Positions 51,996 to 62,457 of a stretch of DNA of 64,000 nucleotides are shown piece after piece. The DNA lies in contig CAXXLL010000002.1 in assembly GCA_963662545.2 (NCBI GenBank), positions 2,240,001 through 2,304,000 on the forward strand, written 5' to 3'. The number at the start of each line of letters is the position of its first letter. The first letter of the stretch is position 1. A program made the translations under genes and the position numbers. The notes under the pieces were generated by a model. The model did no database searches. It worked only from the letters and a program-made list of their open reading frames with translations, and was not told the origin of the DNA. This DNA comes from Gammaproteobacteria bacterium. Lineage in GTDB: Bacteria; Pseudomonadota; Gammaproteobacteria; Ga0077536.

Positions 51996-52149
51996 TGTGA
52001 TAGATCCCGCTTTTCGCCCGATCGATCCTCGAGTCGGCCGCAAGCCGGGCCACTATAGCCCAGCCCGACTTCTGCCGCGGGGCTTTTCCCGCATTGCCGA
52101 ACAACCGATACTAGATGCCACACCCGAACCCCTGATCCGCAGCACACTC

Positions 52150-52974
52150 ATGTCCACGACAGCCGAGACCGCCGCCAGCCATCCGGTCGCACTCGAAGTG
52201 CGCGGGCTCTCGTCGTCCTTCGGCAAGCTGCGGGTTCTCGACGGCATTGATTTTTCAGTCCGTCAGGAGGAGATTTTCGTCATCATGGGTGAAAGCGGCG
52301 CCGGTAAGACCACGCTTTTACGTCACGTGCTCGGGCTTGCCGCGCCCGATACAGGCGAGATCGACCTGCTTGGCAGTCCCCTTCACCCGGCCACTCGTAA
52401 ATCCCTGTTCGCGCTGCGCAAGAAGATGGGGGTCGCGTTTCAGCACGGCGCACTGATCAACTCGATGTCCGTGCTCGACAACATTGAACTTCCCTTGCGC
52501 CAGAACACTAAACTCGATCGATCAACGATACGCATCATGAGCCGCATGAAGCTCGAGATGATGAATCTCGGCGGCTTTGAAGACTACATGCCGGCACAAC
52601 TGTCCGGCGGTATGCTCAAACGGGCCGGATTGGCGCGGGCGGTGGTGATGGATCCGCGGATCCTTTTCTTCGACGAACCCTCCGCAGGCCTCGATCCCGT
52701 GACGGCAGCCGAACTCGACGGTTTGATCCTGCAATTGCGGGACGCCCTCAAGATGACCATCATCGTCGTGACGCATGCCCTTGAGAGCGCCGTTAAGATA
52801 GCTGACCGTATCATGATCATCGGCAACGGTGGAATTCGCGCCATCGGCACGCTCGAAGAAATACGCAAATCCCCGGACACCTATATTCAATCGCTGCTCG
52901 AACGCCGCACCCTCGACCGTGACGTTGACGGCGACGCCTATCTAGAGCGCTTGACGGCAAATCTCGATGAGTGA
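52150..52974 (+). CDS. mlaF: MlaF-like ABC ATPase
   Basis: GESGAGKTT, LSGGMLKRAGLARA, FFDEPSAGLDP. Confidence 0.9.
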   Translation: MSTTAETAASHPVALEVRGLSSSFGKLRVLDGIDFSVRQEEIFVIMGESGAGKTTLLRHVLGLAAPDTGEIDLLGSPLHPATRKSLFALRKKMGVAFQHGALINSMSVLDNIELPLRQNTKLDRSTIRIMSRMKLEMMNLGGFEDYMPAQLSGGMLKRAGLARAVVMDPRILFFDEPSAGLDPVTAAELDGLILQLRDALKMTIIVVTHALESAVKIADRIMIIGNGGIRAIGTLEEIRKSPDTYIQSLLERRTLDRDVDGDAYLERLTANLDE

Positions 52975-53758
52975 CGCGGCGGTTGCTTTCGCGCCGAACT
53001 GGCTCGTCGTACGAATCGCGACCCTTGGGCGCCTGGGCCTGTTCTTCGCCCTGGTATCGCTTCACGTGGCGCGTCCGTGGCGCCAGTGGCGGGTGACGCT
53101 GGCCCAAATCCACTTCATCGGCACGCGCTCTCTCACCGTGATCGCCGTCGCTGGCGGTTTCGTGGGCATGGTGGTAGCCCTGCAATTTTACGACACGCTC
53201 GTTCGCTTCGGCAGCGTCAGCCTGCTGGGTGCCGCAGTGGGGCTCAGTCTGATACGGGAACTGGCGCCGGTGCTGACCGCGCTGATTGTGATCGGGCGGG
53301 CAGGCTCGGCGATGTGCGCCGAAATCGGCATCATGCGAAGTGACAATCAGATCGATGCCTTGGAATGCATGGCCATCGACCCTTACGGGTATCTCATCGC
53401 TCCGCGATTCATTGCCACCCTGATTTCCGTCCCCCTGTTGACGGCGATATTCAATGTGGTCGGCATCGCCGGCGGGTGGTTCATCGGAGGCGTCATTTTC
53501 GGTATCAGTGAGGGCTCGTATTTCGCCGGTATTGCCGATAGCGTCCTGCCGCGTGACGTACTGATGGACGTCGTCAAATCTTGCAGCTTCAGCCTCATCA
53601 TCGTCTGGATTTGCACCGGCAAAGGATACCTGCTGCACTTGGATCACCGCCCGGCTTTCGGCGCGGAAGGCGTAAGCCGTACGACCACCGATGCGGTGGT
53701 TGCCTCCTCGATTACGGTGCTTTTTGCAGACTTCATCATCAGTGCCTTGATGCTCTGA
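52967..53758 (+). CDS. mlaE: MlaE permease
   Basis: LIRELAPVLTAL..IGRAGSA..AEIG.M, QIDALE.M. Confidence 0.93.
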   Translation: MSDAAVAFAPNWLVVRIATLGRLGLFFALVSLHVARPWRQWRVTLAQIHFIGTRSLTVIAVAGGFVGMVVALQFYDTLVRFGSVSLLGAAVGLSLIRELAPVLTALIVIGRAGSAMCAEIGIMRSDNQIDALECMAIDPYGYLIAPRFIATLISVPLLTAIFNVVGIAGGWFIGGVIFGISEGSYFAGIADSVLPRDVLMDVVKSCSFSLIIVWICTGKGYLLHLDHRPAFGAEGVSRTTTDAVVASSITVLFADFIISALML

Positions 53759-53787
53759 GAACATGGCGAAATTAGAAAGGGACGACC

Positions 53788-54237
53788 GTGGGTAATATCA
53801 AAATTGAATTTGGCATCGGGATCTTCATGTTGATCGGTCTTGCCTGTCTCAGCTACCTGGCGGTCGAGCTCGGTGACCTGGAGATTTTCGGCAGTGATTA
53901 TTACGCGCTCGATGCGCGTTTCGTGTCATCTTCAGGGCTTAAGAAAGGCGCATTTGTAGAAGTCGGCGGAGTCCGCGTCGGCAAGGTCGGCGCGATTACG
54001 CTGGACTATGCGACCTACGAATCCGTCGTTCAACTCAAACTCGATCCCGGCGTTAAATTGCAAGACGATGCGATTGCATCGATTCGCACGGAAGGCATCA
54101 TCGGCGATAAATTCGTCAAAATCACGCCGGGGGGCTCGGAAGTGATCCTCAAGCCCGGTGATGAAATCCTTGAGACCGAATCGTCGATCAACATCGAAGA
54201 ACTGATCAGCAAGTATATTTTCGAGGGCGATGATTGA
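53788..54237 (+). CDS. mlaD: MlaD (MCE domain) protein
   Basis: N-terminal TM, GLKKGA.V...GVRVG, IRTEGIIGDKFV, TES.INIEELISK. Confidence 0.93.
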   Translation: MGNIKIEFGIGIFMLIGLACLSYLAVELGDLEIFGSDYYALDARFVSSSGLKKGAFVEVGGVRVGKVGAITLDYATYESVVQLKLDPGVKLQDDAIASIRTEGIIGDKFVKITPGGSEVILKPGDEILETESSINIEELISKYIFEGDD

Positions 54238-54411
54238 CCCTCATGATGCTGTCGAGACGGCAATATTAAGGAACCTCTGTGTCCCTGTGGAATATTTTTA
54301 CGTTTCTGGACCTTCGGTATCCAGCAGCCTTACATAGTGACAAGCGTTTGGTGTAGCCTGTCCGGGTCAGCAGGACGGAAATTATCGGAGTGCGGCCTAG
54401 GGGTGGATTCG

Positions 54412-55068
54412 ATGAGTAAGCAAATGGCAGACTACCGATCGTGGCTGATGCTCACATTGATCTTTGCACTGTGCTCGGTCATTCATACCGCCACGCTTGC
54501 GGCCGAAGATGTCGAAACGCCGCTTCAGGTCGTGACGAAAACGGTGGATGGCGTCATCGCTGTACTCGCGCAAGGCGAGTCAAGCGAGAATACGAAAAAG
54601 CGGCAGGTAAAAAACATTATCGGCCGGCACTTCGATTTCGTGGCCATGTCCAACCGTGTCCTTGCTACCAACTGGAGTAAGGCGACCAAAGAGCAGCGGG
54701 CGCGGTTCACCGGCTTGTTTCGCGAACTCTTGTCCAACAACACCTACTGGCGTAGGATATCGGGGTTTAGCAACGAGAAGGTCGAGTATCTCGGAGAGCG
54801 CATGCGATCAGACAAGCTGGCAACCGTGAATACAGTCATCAAAACAGACTCCGTGGATATTCCGGTCGATTACAAGCTTTATCGCAAGGGCGACACCTGG
54901 ATGGCCTACGATATCGTCATTGAGCAAGTCAGCCTCGTGCGCAACTATCGCGGAAGCTTTCAGAATATCGTGCGAGACGTCGGTATCGATGGACTGATCA
55001 GCCAGTTAGAGACGAAAGTGGCGGAAGCGTCTACCGACGAACAAGCGCAGCAGCGCCTGGTCCGTTAG
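54412..55068 (+). CDS. mlaC: MlaC/Ttg2D phospholipid-binding protein
   Basis: FDFVAMSNRVL..NW, VDYKL, YDIVIEQVSLVRNYR. Confidence 0.9.
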   Translation: MSKQMADYRSWLMLTLIFALCSVIHTATLAAEDVETPLQVVTKTVDGVIAVLAQGESSENTKKRQVKNIIGRHFDFVAMSNRVLATNWSKATKEQRARFTGLFRELLSNNTYWRRISGFSNEKVEYLGERMRSDKLATVNTVIKTDSVDIPVDYKLYRKGDTWMAYDIVIEQVSLVRNYRGSFQNIVRDVGIDGLISQLETKVAEASTDEQAQQRLVR

Positions 55069-55092
55069 TAGCCCGCATCTCTCACGAAGTTT

Positions 55093-55731
55093 TTATTCCG
55101 GCGGAAGACCGCCGTGCTTTTCCTTGTAGCTCGCGATTCTCCCCTCCAGATCCAGCAGCAGCCCGTCCATGCCTTCCGATTTGATGATCGCGCTGAACGT
55201 GTTGCGGTAGTTATTGACCAGGCTGATGCCTTCGATCACGACGTCGTAGGCGAACCATTCACCGTCGTTGTTTTTTAAACGGTAGGTGATCGGAATCCGG
55301 ACTGCATCGGTCACTATCTGCGTGTCGACGATCGCGCGATCCTTGCGTACCTGTTCCCCGAGGTACTCCACCCGCTGGCCGCTATAGGCTTCGATTTTGG
55401 TGCGGTAAGTATCTTCCAGATACTGTGAGAAGAACTCGACGAAGCGCCGCTTTTCCTCGGCCGTCGCGGTTCGCCAGTTGGTTGCCAGAATGCTCTGCGA
55501 CATGCTGCGAAAATCGAAACGCGTGTCGATGATCTTGCCGATTTCGAGCCAGCGTTGTTCGCGATTCAAGCGTTTGTCTTTGAGTATTTCCAAAACGCCG
55601 CCGACCGCCTCCTTCACCGTTTGAGTGGGCGTCATCGCGGCTTCAACGGGAGCCGTCGACAACGCCGCGATCACGCATATCGATAACAACACCTTGAGCT
55701 CCCGAATTATCAAGTGCAGGTTCGTGTTCAT
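55093..55731 (-). CDS. Second MlaC/Ttg2D paralogue
   Basis: FDFRSMSQSILATNW, ITYRL, YDVVIEGISLVNNYR. Confidence 0.9.
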   Translation of the reverse strand: MNTNLHLIIRELKVLLSICVIAALSTAPVEAAMTPTQTVKEAVGGVLEILKDKRLNREQRWLEIGKIIDTRFDFRSMSQSILATNWRTATAEEKRRFVEFFSQYLEDTYRTKIEAYSGQRVEYLGEQVRKDRAIVDTQIVTDAVRIPITYRLKNNDGEWFAYDVVIEGISLVNNYRNTFSAIIKSEGMDGLLLDLEGRIASYKEKHGGLPPE

Positions 55732-55743
55732 TGCATCCCCGGT

Positions 55744-58700
55744 TTAGGTAACGAGTTGGATCGCAGTCAACGCGACCGCCACGACAAATTGTTCGTCTCC
55801 AATTTCGAATCGATCGAGACGATCGCCGCCCGGCGATTCAAGGTAATCGAACTCCGTTGCCAGTGTCTCCGTGCGTATGAATTCGATATGTTCCTGGATC
55901 GCCTCGTGCAGTTTCGTCGACGCATGGTATTCGACCCGAATCCGGTCGGTGAGTTGGAAATCGCACGCTTTGCGCATCGACTGGATGCGATTGACCACCT
56001 CGCGGGCATACCCCTGAGAGCGCAGCGCGTCGTCGATGCGCGTATCGAGGGCGACGGTGAGCACGCCCTCCTGCGCAACGCTCCACTCTCCTATTTCCTC
56101 ACTCGAGATTTCAATTTCGTCCGCCGCAATCTCGATAACACCTTCGCTGGTTGGAACCTGTGTGCTACCCGTCTCCAGCAGTCGCCCGATATCGTCGTCG
56201 CCAAAGGTCGCTATCGCCGCTGCAGCGGCTTTCATCTGCTTGCCCAGCCGGGGTCCCAGCTTTTTGAAATCTGCCTTGGCCGAACGCTTTACGACCCCGC
56301 TGGAATCCGCGATGTATTCGATTTCCTTGACGTTCACCTCGTCGAGGATAATGTCTTTCACGCGCTCGACGATCGTCTGATTCATCGTCGTCCCGGTAAC
56401 CAGTAACAATCGTGCAAGCGGCTGTCGCACGTTGATCTGGCTGCGATTGCGCAGCAACAGGACGAGTTGAACGATGCGACGGGCAAGTTCCATCTGCTCT
56501 TCGAGATCATCTCGCACGATCTGCTCGTCCACCGTCGGAAAATCGGCGAGATGAACCGATCCTTGCGGCACCTGCCCACCGACCTCGTTCAGGCGGCGGT
56601 ACAGCCAGTCGCTGAAAAACGGCGCGATCGGACTCATCATGACGGCGAGCCCGAAAAGACATTCGAACGTGGTTTGATACGCGTTGATTTTGCTCTCTTC
56701 GGACACCGCGACCGTTTGCGGAGTCGCCTTCTTTCCCGCCCAAAAACGGAATCTGGAACGCCGGATGTACCAGTTCGACAATTCGTCGACGAACCGCTCC
56801 ATGGCACGCGCCGCACGCGTGCAATCGTAGGCTTCGAAAGCCCCGTCGACCGTCTGCGCAGTTGAGTTCAAACGGCTCAGGATCCATTGATCCAATTCGC
56901 CGCGCTCGGCAGCGGGTACGGTGGGTTCAGCAAACGTAAAGCCGTCGATGTTCGCGTAACTCGCCATGAACTTGTAAACGTTCTCGATGGTACCGAAAAA
57001 TCGACCGCGGGTTTCGATTAAGCCGCGCTCGGAGAATTTCATGCTGTCCCACGGCGGCGAGTTACTCATCATGTACCAGCGCACGACGTCCGCACCGTGG
57101 GTCGAAACCACTGCAAAGGGATCGACGCTATTGTTGCGCGATTTCGACATTTTTTCGCCCTTGTCGTCGAGAATGAGGCCGTTGACGACGACATTCCTGA
57201 ATGCAACCCCATCCATCACCAAGGTTGCGATCGCGTGCAGCGTGTAGAACCAGCCGCGGGTCTGGTCGATCCCTTCGCAAATGAAATCCGCCGGGAAGTT
57301 ACGCTCGAAGGCCTCCTTATTTTCGAATGGGTAGTGCCACTGGGCAAAAGGCATGGCGCCCGAATCGAACCATACGTCGAGCACATCAGGCACCCGGCGC
57401 ATCGTGCCGCCATCGGGTGCAGGCCATGTGAATTCGTCGACGAATGGACGATGCAGATCGATCGAGTTGTCATCCGGCAGCGATTTCCCGCACCTTTCCC
57501 GCAATTCAGCGATCGATCCAATGACTTCGTAATACGCAGACCCGGGCTTGTCGGAAACCCATATGGGCAGCGGCGTCCCCCAATAACGCATACGGCTGAG
57601 CGCCCAGTCGACGTTGTTCTCGAGCCAGTTACCAAACCGTCCATCCCTGATCGCGTGCGGATGCCACTCAACCGTCTTGTTCAGGGCAACCAAGCGATCC
57701 TTGACGGCTGTGGTGCGAATAAACCAGCTTTCAACCGGGTAACTCATGAGCGGCGTGCCCTTGCGCCAGTCGTGCGGGTAACTGTGAATGTGTTCGCTGC
57801 GTTTGAACAGCAGACCGCGATCTTTGAGATCCCGAATAATTTTACGGTCGGCGTCTTTAAACCAGTCGCCCGCGACCACCGGCGCCTCGTCCTGGAAAAC
57901 ACCGTCGGGCGCGACCGGATTCACCATGGGTAGTTGTTCTCGCTGTCCGACTTCGAAATCTTCGGCGCCGAATGCGGGCGCGATGTGCACGATGCCGGTA
58001 CCGTCGTCGACGGTGACGTATTCGGCTGCGCAAACCCGCCACGCGTGTGCCGGGTAGTCGATGCCTGCGACCCGGTAAAGGGGCTCGTAGCGGCGCCCAA
58101 TCAGGTCCCGGCCCTTGTGCCGTTCGATCACCGTAGTGTCGTCGTCGAGGATGTCGAGCCGTGCTTCGGCCAACACCAGACGCTCCTCGCCGCACCTCAC
58201 CGTGACGTAATCGATGTCCTCGCCCACCACCAGGGCGACGTTCGAGATCAGGGTCCATGGCGTCGTCGTCCATGCGAGCAAGCTCGTGCGTTCCTCGTCG
58301 GTCGAGCGGAAACGCACGGTGATGCTGGGATCGGACACTTGCTTGTACCCGAGGCTGACTTCATGGGAAGACAGCACCGTGCCGGAGCCCGGGCTATACC
58401 ACTGTATCTTATGGCCCTTGTACAACAGACCGCGCCGATGGATCTCCTTGATCAACCACCAGACCGATTCTATGTAGGGGGTTTCAAAGGTGACGTATGG
58501 ATTTTCCAGGTCCACCCAGAAGGCAATGCGGCGCGTCAATTCGTCCCAATCGCGCTTGTAGCGGGATACACTTTCGCGGCAGGCCGCGTTGAAGGCTTCG
58601 ATGCCATAGGCTTCGACTTGTTGACGGCCGTCGAGACCGAGTTCCTTCTCCACTTCAATTTCCACAGGAAGTCCATGGGTATCCCAGCCGCCCTTGCGCT

Positions 58701-58944
58701 CCACGCGATATCCCTTGAGGGTTTTATAGCGGCAGAAGACGTCTTTGATGGTGCGCCCGAGGACGTGATGAATACCCGGGCGCCCGTTGGCCGTCGGCGG
58801 ACCCTCGTAAAACGTAAACGAAGGCGCGCCGTCGCGCGCTGTCACGCTCTCAGCGAAGGTCTTCTCCTCATCCCAGAGATCGAGCAGTTCGGCCTCGATT
58901 TCGGGAAGGTTCAAAGACTTGATTTCCTGAAATTTATTGGCCAT
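55744..58944 (-). CDS. ileS: Isoleucine--tRNA ligase, type 2
   Basis: YEGPPTANGRPGIHH, GWDTHGLPVE, WTTTPWTL, GTGIVHIAPAFG, DQTRGWFY, KMSKS; type-2 C-terminus with no Zn finger. Confidence 0.97.
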   Translation of the reverse strand: MANKFQEIKSLNLPEIEAELLDLWDEEKTFAESVTARDGAPSFTFYEGPPTANGRPGIHHVLGRTIKDVFCRYKTLKGYRVERKGGWDTHGLPVEIEVEKELGLDGRQQVEAYGIEAFNAACRESVSRYKRDWDELTRRIAFWVDLENPYVTFETPYIESVWWLIKEIHRRGLLYKGHKIQWYSPGSGTVLSSHEVSLGYKQVSDPSITVRFRSTDEERTSLLAWTTTPWTLISNVALVVGEDIDYVTVRCGEERLVLAEARLDILDDDTTVIERHKGRDLIGRRYEPLYRVAGIDYPAHAWRVCAAEYVTVDDGTGIVHIAPAFGAEDFEVGQREQLPMVNPVAPDGVFQDEAPVVAGDWFKDADRKIIRDLKDRGLLFKRSEHIHSYPHDWRKGTPLMSYPVESWFIRTTAVKDRLVALNKTVEWHPHAIRDGRFGNWLENNVDWALSRMRYWGTPLPIWVSDKPGSAYYEVIGSIAELRERCGKSLPDDNSIDLHRPFVDEFTWPAPDGGTMRRVPDVLDVWFDSGAMPFAQWHYPFENKEAFERNFPADFICEGIDQTRGWFYTLHAIATLVMDGVAFRNVVVNGLILDDKGEKMSKSRNNSVDPFAVVSTHGADVVRWYMMSNSPPWDSMKFSERGLIETRGRFFGTIENVYKFMASYANIDGFTFAEPTVPAAERGELDQWILSRLNSTAQTVDGAFEAYDCTRAARAMERFVDELSNWYIRRSRFRFWAGKKATPQTVAVSEESKINAYQTTFECLFGLAVMMSPIAPFFSDWLYRRLNEVGGQVPQGSVHLADFPTVDEQIVRDDLEEQMELARRIVQLVLLLRNRSQINVRQPLARLLLVTGTTMNQTIVERVKDIILDEVNVKEIEYIADSSGVVKRSAKADFKKLGPRLGKQMKAAAAAIATFGDDDIGRLLETGSTQVPTSEGVIEIAADEIEISSEEIGEWSVAQEGVLTVALDTRIDDALRSQGYAREVVNRIQSMRKACDFQLTDRIRVEYHASTKLHEAIQEHIEFIRTETLATEFDYLESPGGDRLDRFEIGDEQFVVAVALTAIQLVT

Positions 58945-59098
58945 CGCCTGTCTTTAATCGCTGGGAATTCAAGTGGGTTCGGAGAACTGCCGAATTATAT
59001 CCGAACCGTCGTTCCGAATCGGCGCTCTGCAGACATAAATTGTCACGCTAATTCACAAAATAGGGCATTCCTTTTGTGCTATCGTTTATCCATACGAG

Positions 59099-59129
59099 CG
59101 GTATGAATCCGCTAGCCGGATTCATACCG
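59099..59129. promoter_or_regulatory. Perfect 13-bp inverted repeat in the divergent ileS / HD-GYP intergenic region
   Basis: CGGTATGAATCCG-CTAGC-CGGATTCATACCG. Confidence 0.5.
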
Positions 59130-59149
59130 GCCGGTTCTGGAGAATCAGT

Positions 59150-60382
59150 GTGAGTTCGGATCAGGTTCTCGAATTTCTGCAATTTGTCGAAGGACAGAAA
59201 AATCAATCTGTTCGGGAGCTATTGGACAAGGTTCTGCGTAAAAGCCGGCTCATGACCCACGCAGAAGCCGGTACTATTTTCATCGCACGCAAACGCGGAC
59301 GCGAGCGCTGGCTCGAACCGGCGAGCATACAAAACGACGCCGTCAAAGTGAAACGAGCCGACTTCATGGTTCCGATCGGACCCGGAACGATCGCCGGCCA
59401 TGTCGCACACAAGGGTCGAACGGTTCTGATCGACGATGTATACGACATTCCCAAGAGAAGCCCCTTTAAATTCGATCCCAAGTTCGAACGCCGTAACTAC
59501 AAAACGCACTCGATGTTCTGCTTCCCGTTGAAGAATCTGCAGGACGAGGTCATCGGCGTCGTTCAACTCATCAACTGCCGGGTGCGCAAGAAAGCCAATC
59601 CCGTCCCTTTTGCACCTGATGTCGAACAGTTAGTGGCCCCGATTGCCCGGGTCGTCGGCCACTCCATCGAACGCGCGGAGATGCTCGATCAAATCAGGCA
59701 TAAGAACAAAACCTTACGTGTCCGCAACCGCCAGCTCGACGAACAACGCGAGCGCATCGCAGCGCTGCAGGAAGAGACCGAAGAAGCGTTTCAGGTTTCA
59801 GTGACCCTGCTCGCACGGGCCGCCGAGATCCACGACGAGGAGACCGGCAACCACATCATTCGTGTCAACGAGTACAGCTATTACCTCGCCAAACTCGCAG
59901 GCATGCCGGATCCCTGGTGCGATGAACTCAGATATAGCGCACAGCTGCACGACGTCGGCAAGATGAGCGTCGACTCCGCAGTGCTGAAGAAGAAAGGGTC
60001 TCTGGACGAGGCGGAGCGCGAAGAAATGGATCGTCACACCGTTTACGGATATCAGATCCTCTCCGCATCGTCCCGCCTCACTTTCGGCGCGGAAATCGCG
60101 CTTCATCATCACGAGAAATGGGACGGGACGGGTTACCCCAATCAAGTCAAAGGTGACGCAATACCGCTATCCGCGCGTATTGTGCAAATTGCCGACATTT
60201 ACGATGCGCTGCGCGCCAAGCGTCCGTATAAACCGTCCTTTAGTCACAAGAAATCCGTCGACATCATTACCAAGGGTGATGACCGCATTGATCCGGTCAA
60301 GCATTTTGATCCCAGGCTCGTCGGCCTGTTCGCGGAACATCACAAGGAATTCGACAAGATCTGGCTGTCGCTGAAGGACTGA
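59150..60382 (+). CDS. GAF + HD-GYP cyclic di-GMP phosphodiesterase
   Basis: GAF (GTIAGHVA, IGVVQLIN), ETGNHIIRV, LHDVGK, HHEKWDGTGYP, ADIYDAL..RPYK. Confidence 0.93.
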   Translation: MSSDQVLEFLQFVEGQKNQSVRELLDKVLRKSRLMTHAEAGTIFIARKRGRERWLEPASIQNDAVKVKRADFMVPIGPGTIAGHVAHKGRTVLIDDVYDIPKRSPFKFDPKFERRNYKTHSMFCFPLKNLQDEVIGVVQLINCRVRKKANPVPFAPDVEQLVAPIARVVGHSIERAEMLDQIRHKNKTLRVRNRQLDEQRERIAALQEETEEAFQVSVTLLARAAEIHDEETGNHIIRVNEYSYYLAKLAGMPDPWCDELRYSAQLHDVGKMSVDSAVLKKKGSLDEAEREEMDRHTVYGYQILSASSRLTFGAEIALHHHEKWDGTGYPNQVKGDAIPLSARIVQIADIYDALRAKRPYKPSFSHKKSVDIITKGDDRIDPVKHFDPRLVGLFAEHHKEFDKIWLSLKD

Positions 60383-60390
60383 ACGCGGGC

Positions 60391-60864
60391 TCACCCCGAC
60401 AATCGTTCCGATTCGACCATTGCCTCTACTGCGAACTGCCGCACATGCTGGATCATGGCGTGGAGCCCGTTGCTGCGCGTCGGTGACAGATGTTCGGCGA
60501 GTTGAATGTCCTTGACGAAATCGGGCGGGGTCGCGAGTATGTCCGCCGGCCGCCGGTCGGAGTAAATCTTGAGTAGGATCGCGATCAAACCGGCAACGAT
60601 AGTGGAATCACTGGTCGCTTCGTAATGCAGACGCTCATCGCGGCGTGCGGTCACCATCCACACCTGTGACTGGCAGCCGTGCAAGCGGTTGCCTTCAGTC
60701 TTCCACTCTTCCGGAAATGCAGGCGCCTCTCGGCCGAGGTCGATGATGTATTGATAGCGATCGGTCCAATCGTCGAAGATCGAAAATGTCTCGATGATCT
60801 CGCGCTGTGCTTCGAGGATCTCGGGCGAGGGTTCTAACTCCAAGTTCGATTCTCTCTCGTTCAT
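60391..60864 (-). CDS. sufE: SufE-family sulfur acceptor
   Basis: DRYQYIIDLG, GCQSQVW, SDS.IV.GL, LSPTRSNGL; ATG overlaps the cysS stop. Confidence 0.92.
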   Translation of the reverse strand: MNERESNLELEPSPEILEAQREIIETFSIFDDWTDRYQYIIDLGREAPAFPEEWKTEGNRLHGCQSQVWMVTARRDERLHYEATSDSTIVAGLIAILLKIYSDRRPADILATPPDFVKDIQLAEHLSPTRSNGLHAMIQHVRQFAVEAMVESERLSG

Positions 60865-62240
60865 TCCGCTCGCCACTGAGTTCCGTTCGGGCCATCTTTG
60901 ATCTGCACGCCCATCTGCGCCAGTTCGTCTCGAATCGCATCCGCGCGTGACCAGTTCTTTGCCGCCCTCGCCGCGTTCCGCGCTGTGATCATCTCCTCTA
61001 CGGTGTCCGCTTCTACCTGGACGCTGCTCGACGCCTCGAACCACGCCTTTGGATCCTGCTGTAGGATCCCAAGTTCACGGCCGCAGGCCAGTAATTGGGC
61101 CTTTAATCGGCATCTTTCGGTCGCATCAGTCGCTCGATTTGCCCCCGTAACCGCTTCCATCAACACCGCGATCGCTTTCGGTGTATTGAGGTCATCGTCC
61201 ATCGCCGCCTTGAATTCGGCAGATGCCTCACTGTGTTCCTCATCGAATTCGACATCGGCAAGCCGCTCCAGCGTTCCGTATATGCGGTCGAGCTGATTTT
61301 TGGACTGCCGAATAAGCCCTTCGTTCCAACCTAGCGGTTCACGATACTTCCCCTGGATCAGGGCCATGCGAATGGCTTCGCCGGGAAAAGAATCGAGCAG
61401 TTCGCGCACCAACATCACATTGCCGGTCGATTTGGACATTTTTTCACTGTCGATTTCGACGAAGCCATTGTGTACCCAGTAACGGCTCAAGGCCTCGTTC
61501 GCGTGCGCGCAGACGCTCTGGGCGATTTCGTTCTCATGGTGGGGGAACTTCAAATCGTTACCGCCGCCATGTATATCGATGGTACGACCCAGATGACGCT
61601 CGATCATCGCCGAGCACTCGATGTGCCAGCCGGGACGGCCGCGACCCCAGGGACTGTCCCAACCTGGCAGTTCGTTCGGCGACGGCTTCCACAGAATGAA
61701 ATCTGCAGGATCCCTCTTATAAGGTGCGACCTCGACGCGGGCCCCGGCGATCATATCCTCGCGAACGCGCCCGGATAGAGCGCCGTAGTCCTTAAACGAC
61801 GGCACGTGAAAAAGCACATGCCCCTCGATCGAGTAGGCATGGTCTTCCTCGATCAAGCGTTCGATCATCGCGACGATCGTATCGATGTGCGCGGTTGCGC
61901 GCGGTTCGATGGTGGGCGGTAATACGCCCAAGGCTTCGATATCCGCGTGGTAGACAGCCGTATAGCGATCGGCGATCTCGGCGATCGGCACGCTCTCTTC
62001 AGCCGCCTGGGCGTTGATCTTGTCGTCGACGTCGGTGATATTGCGCGCGTACACAACGTTGTCGTAATGCCGCATCAAGACCCGGTAGAGCAAATCAAAG
62101 ACCACCGCGGCGCGCGCGTTGCCGATGTGAGGTGCGTTGTAGACGGTCGGACCGCAGGCATACATCGTGACCCGACCGGATTCGGCAGGCGTGAACTTTT
62201 CCTTACGCCGTGTAAGTGAATTGTAGAGTTCCAGAGACAC
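60861..62240 (-). CDS. cysS: Cysteine--tRNA ligase
   Basis: [34 protein letters not shown]. Confidence 0.98.
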   Translation of the reverse strand: MSLELYNSLTRRKEKFTPAESGRVTMYACGPTVYNAPHIGNARAAVVFDLLYRVLMRHYDNVVYARNITDVDDKINAQAAEESVPIAEIADRYTAVYHADIEALGVLPPTIEPRATAHIDTIVAMIERLIEEDHAYSIEGHVLFHVPSFKDYGALSGRVREDMIAGARVEVAPYKRDPADFILWKPSPNELPGWDSPWGRGRPGWHIECSAMIERHLGRTIDIHGGGNDLKFPHHENEIAQSVCAHANEALSRYWVHNGFVEIDSEKMSKSTGNVMLVRELLDSFPGEAIRMALIQGKYREPLGWNEGLIRQSKNQLDRIYGTLERLADVEFDEEHSEASAEFKAAMDDDLNTPKAIAVLMEAVTGANRATDATERCRLKAQLLACGRELGILQQDPKAWFEASSSVQVEADTVEEMITARNAARAAKNWSRADAIRDELAQMGVQIKDGPNGTQWRAE

Positions 62241-62457
62241 CTAGATGCAGAGAACGGTCTAAGCCGGGAGCGGCGGAGTATACTAAAGCCGACATTAAAA
62301 ATCCCTGCGCGTCGCGATTCGCTCTGGGCGCGTGCAATGCCGCAAAGGCATTTCGCTGGTTCGGGCAATTTCAGTGGGACTTTAACTATACCGAGTGGAA
62401 CTTCGAATCAATCTGATTATCTACAGTCAATTTGTGTATTCAATAGGGAGACTTTGC

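Noticed and set aside
51691-52149. N-terminal extension of MlaF in the ORF track
   Set aside because: Overlaps xdhC on the opposite strand; the ABC domain starts near ATG 52150
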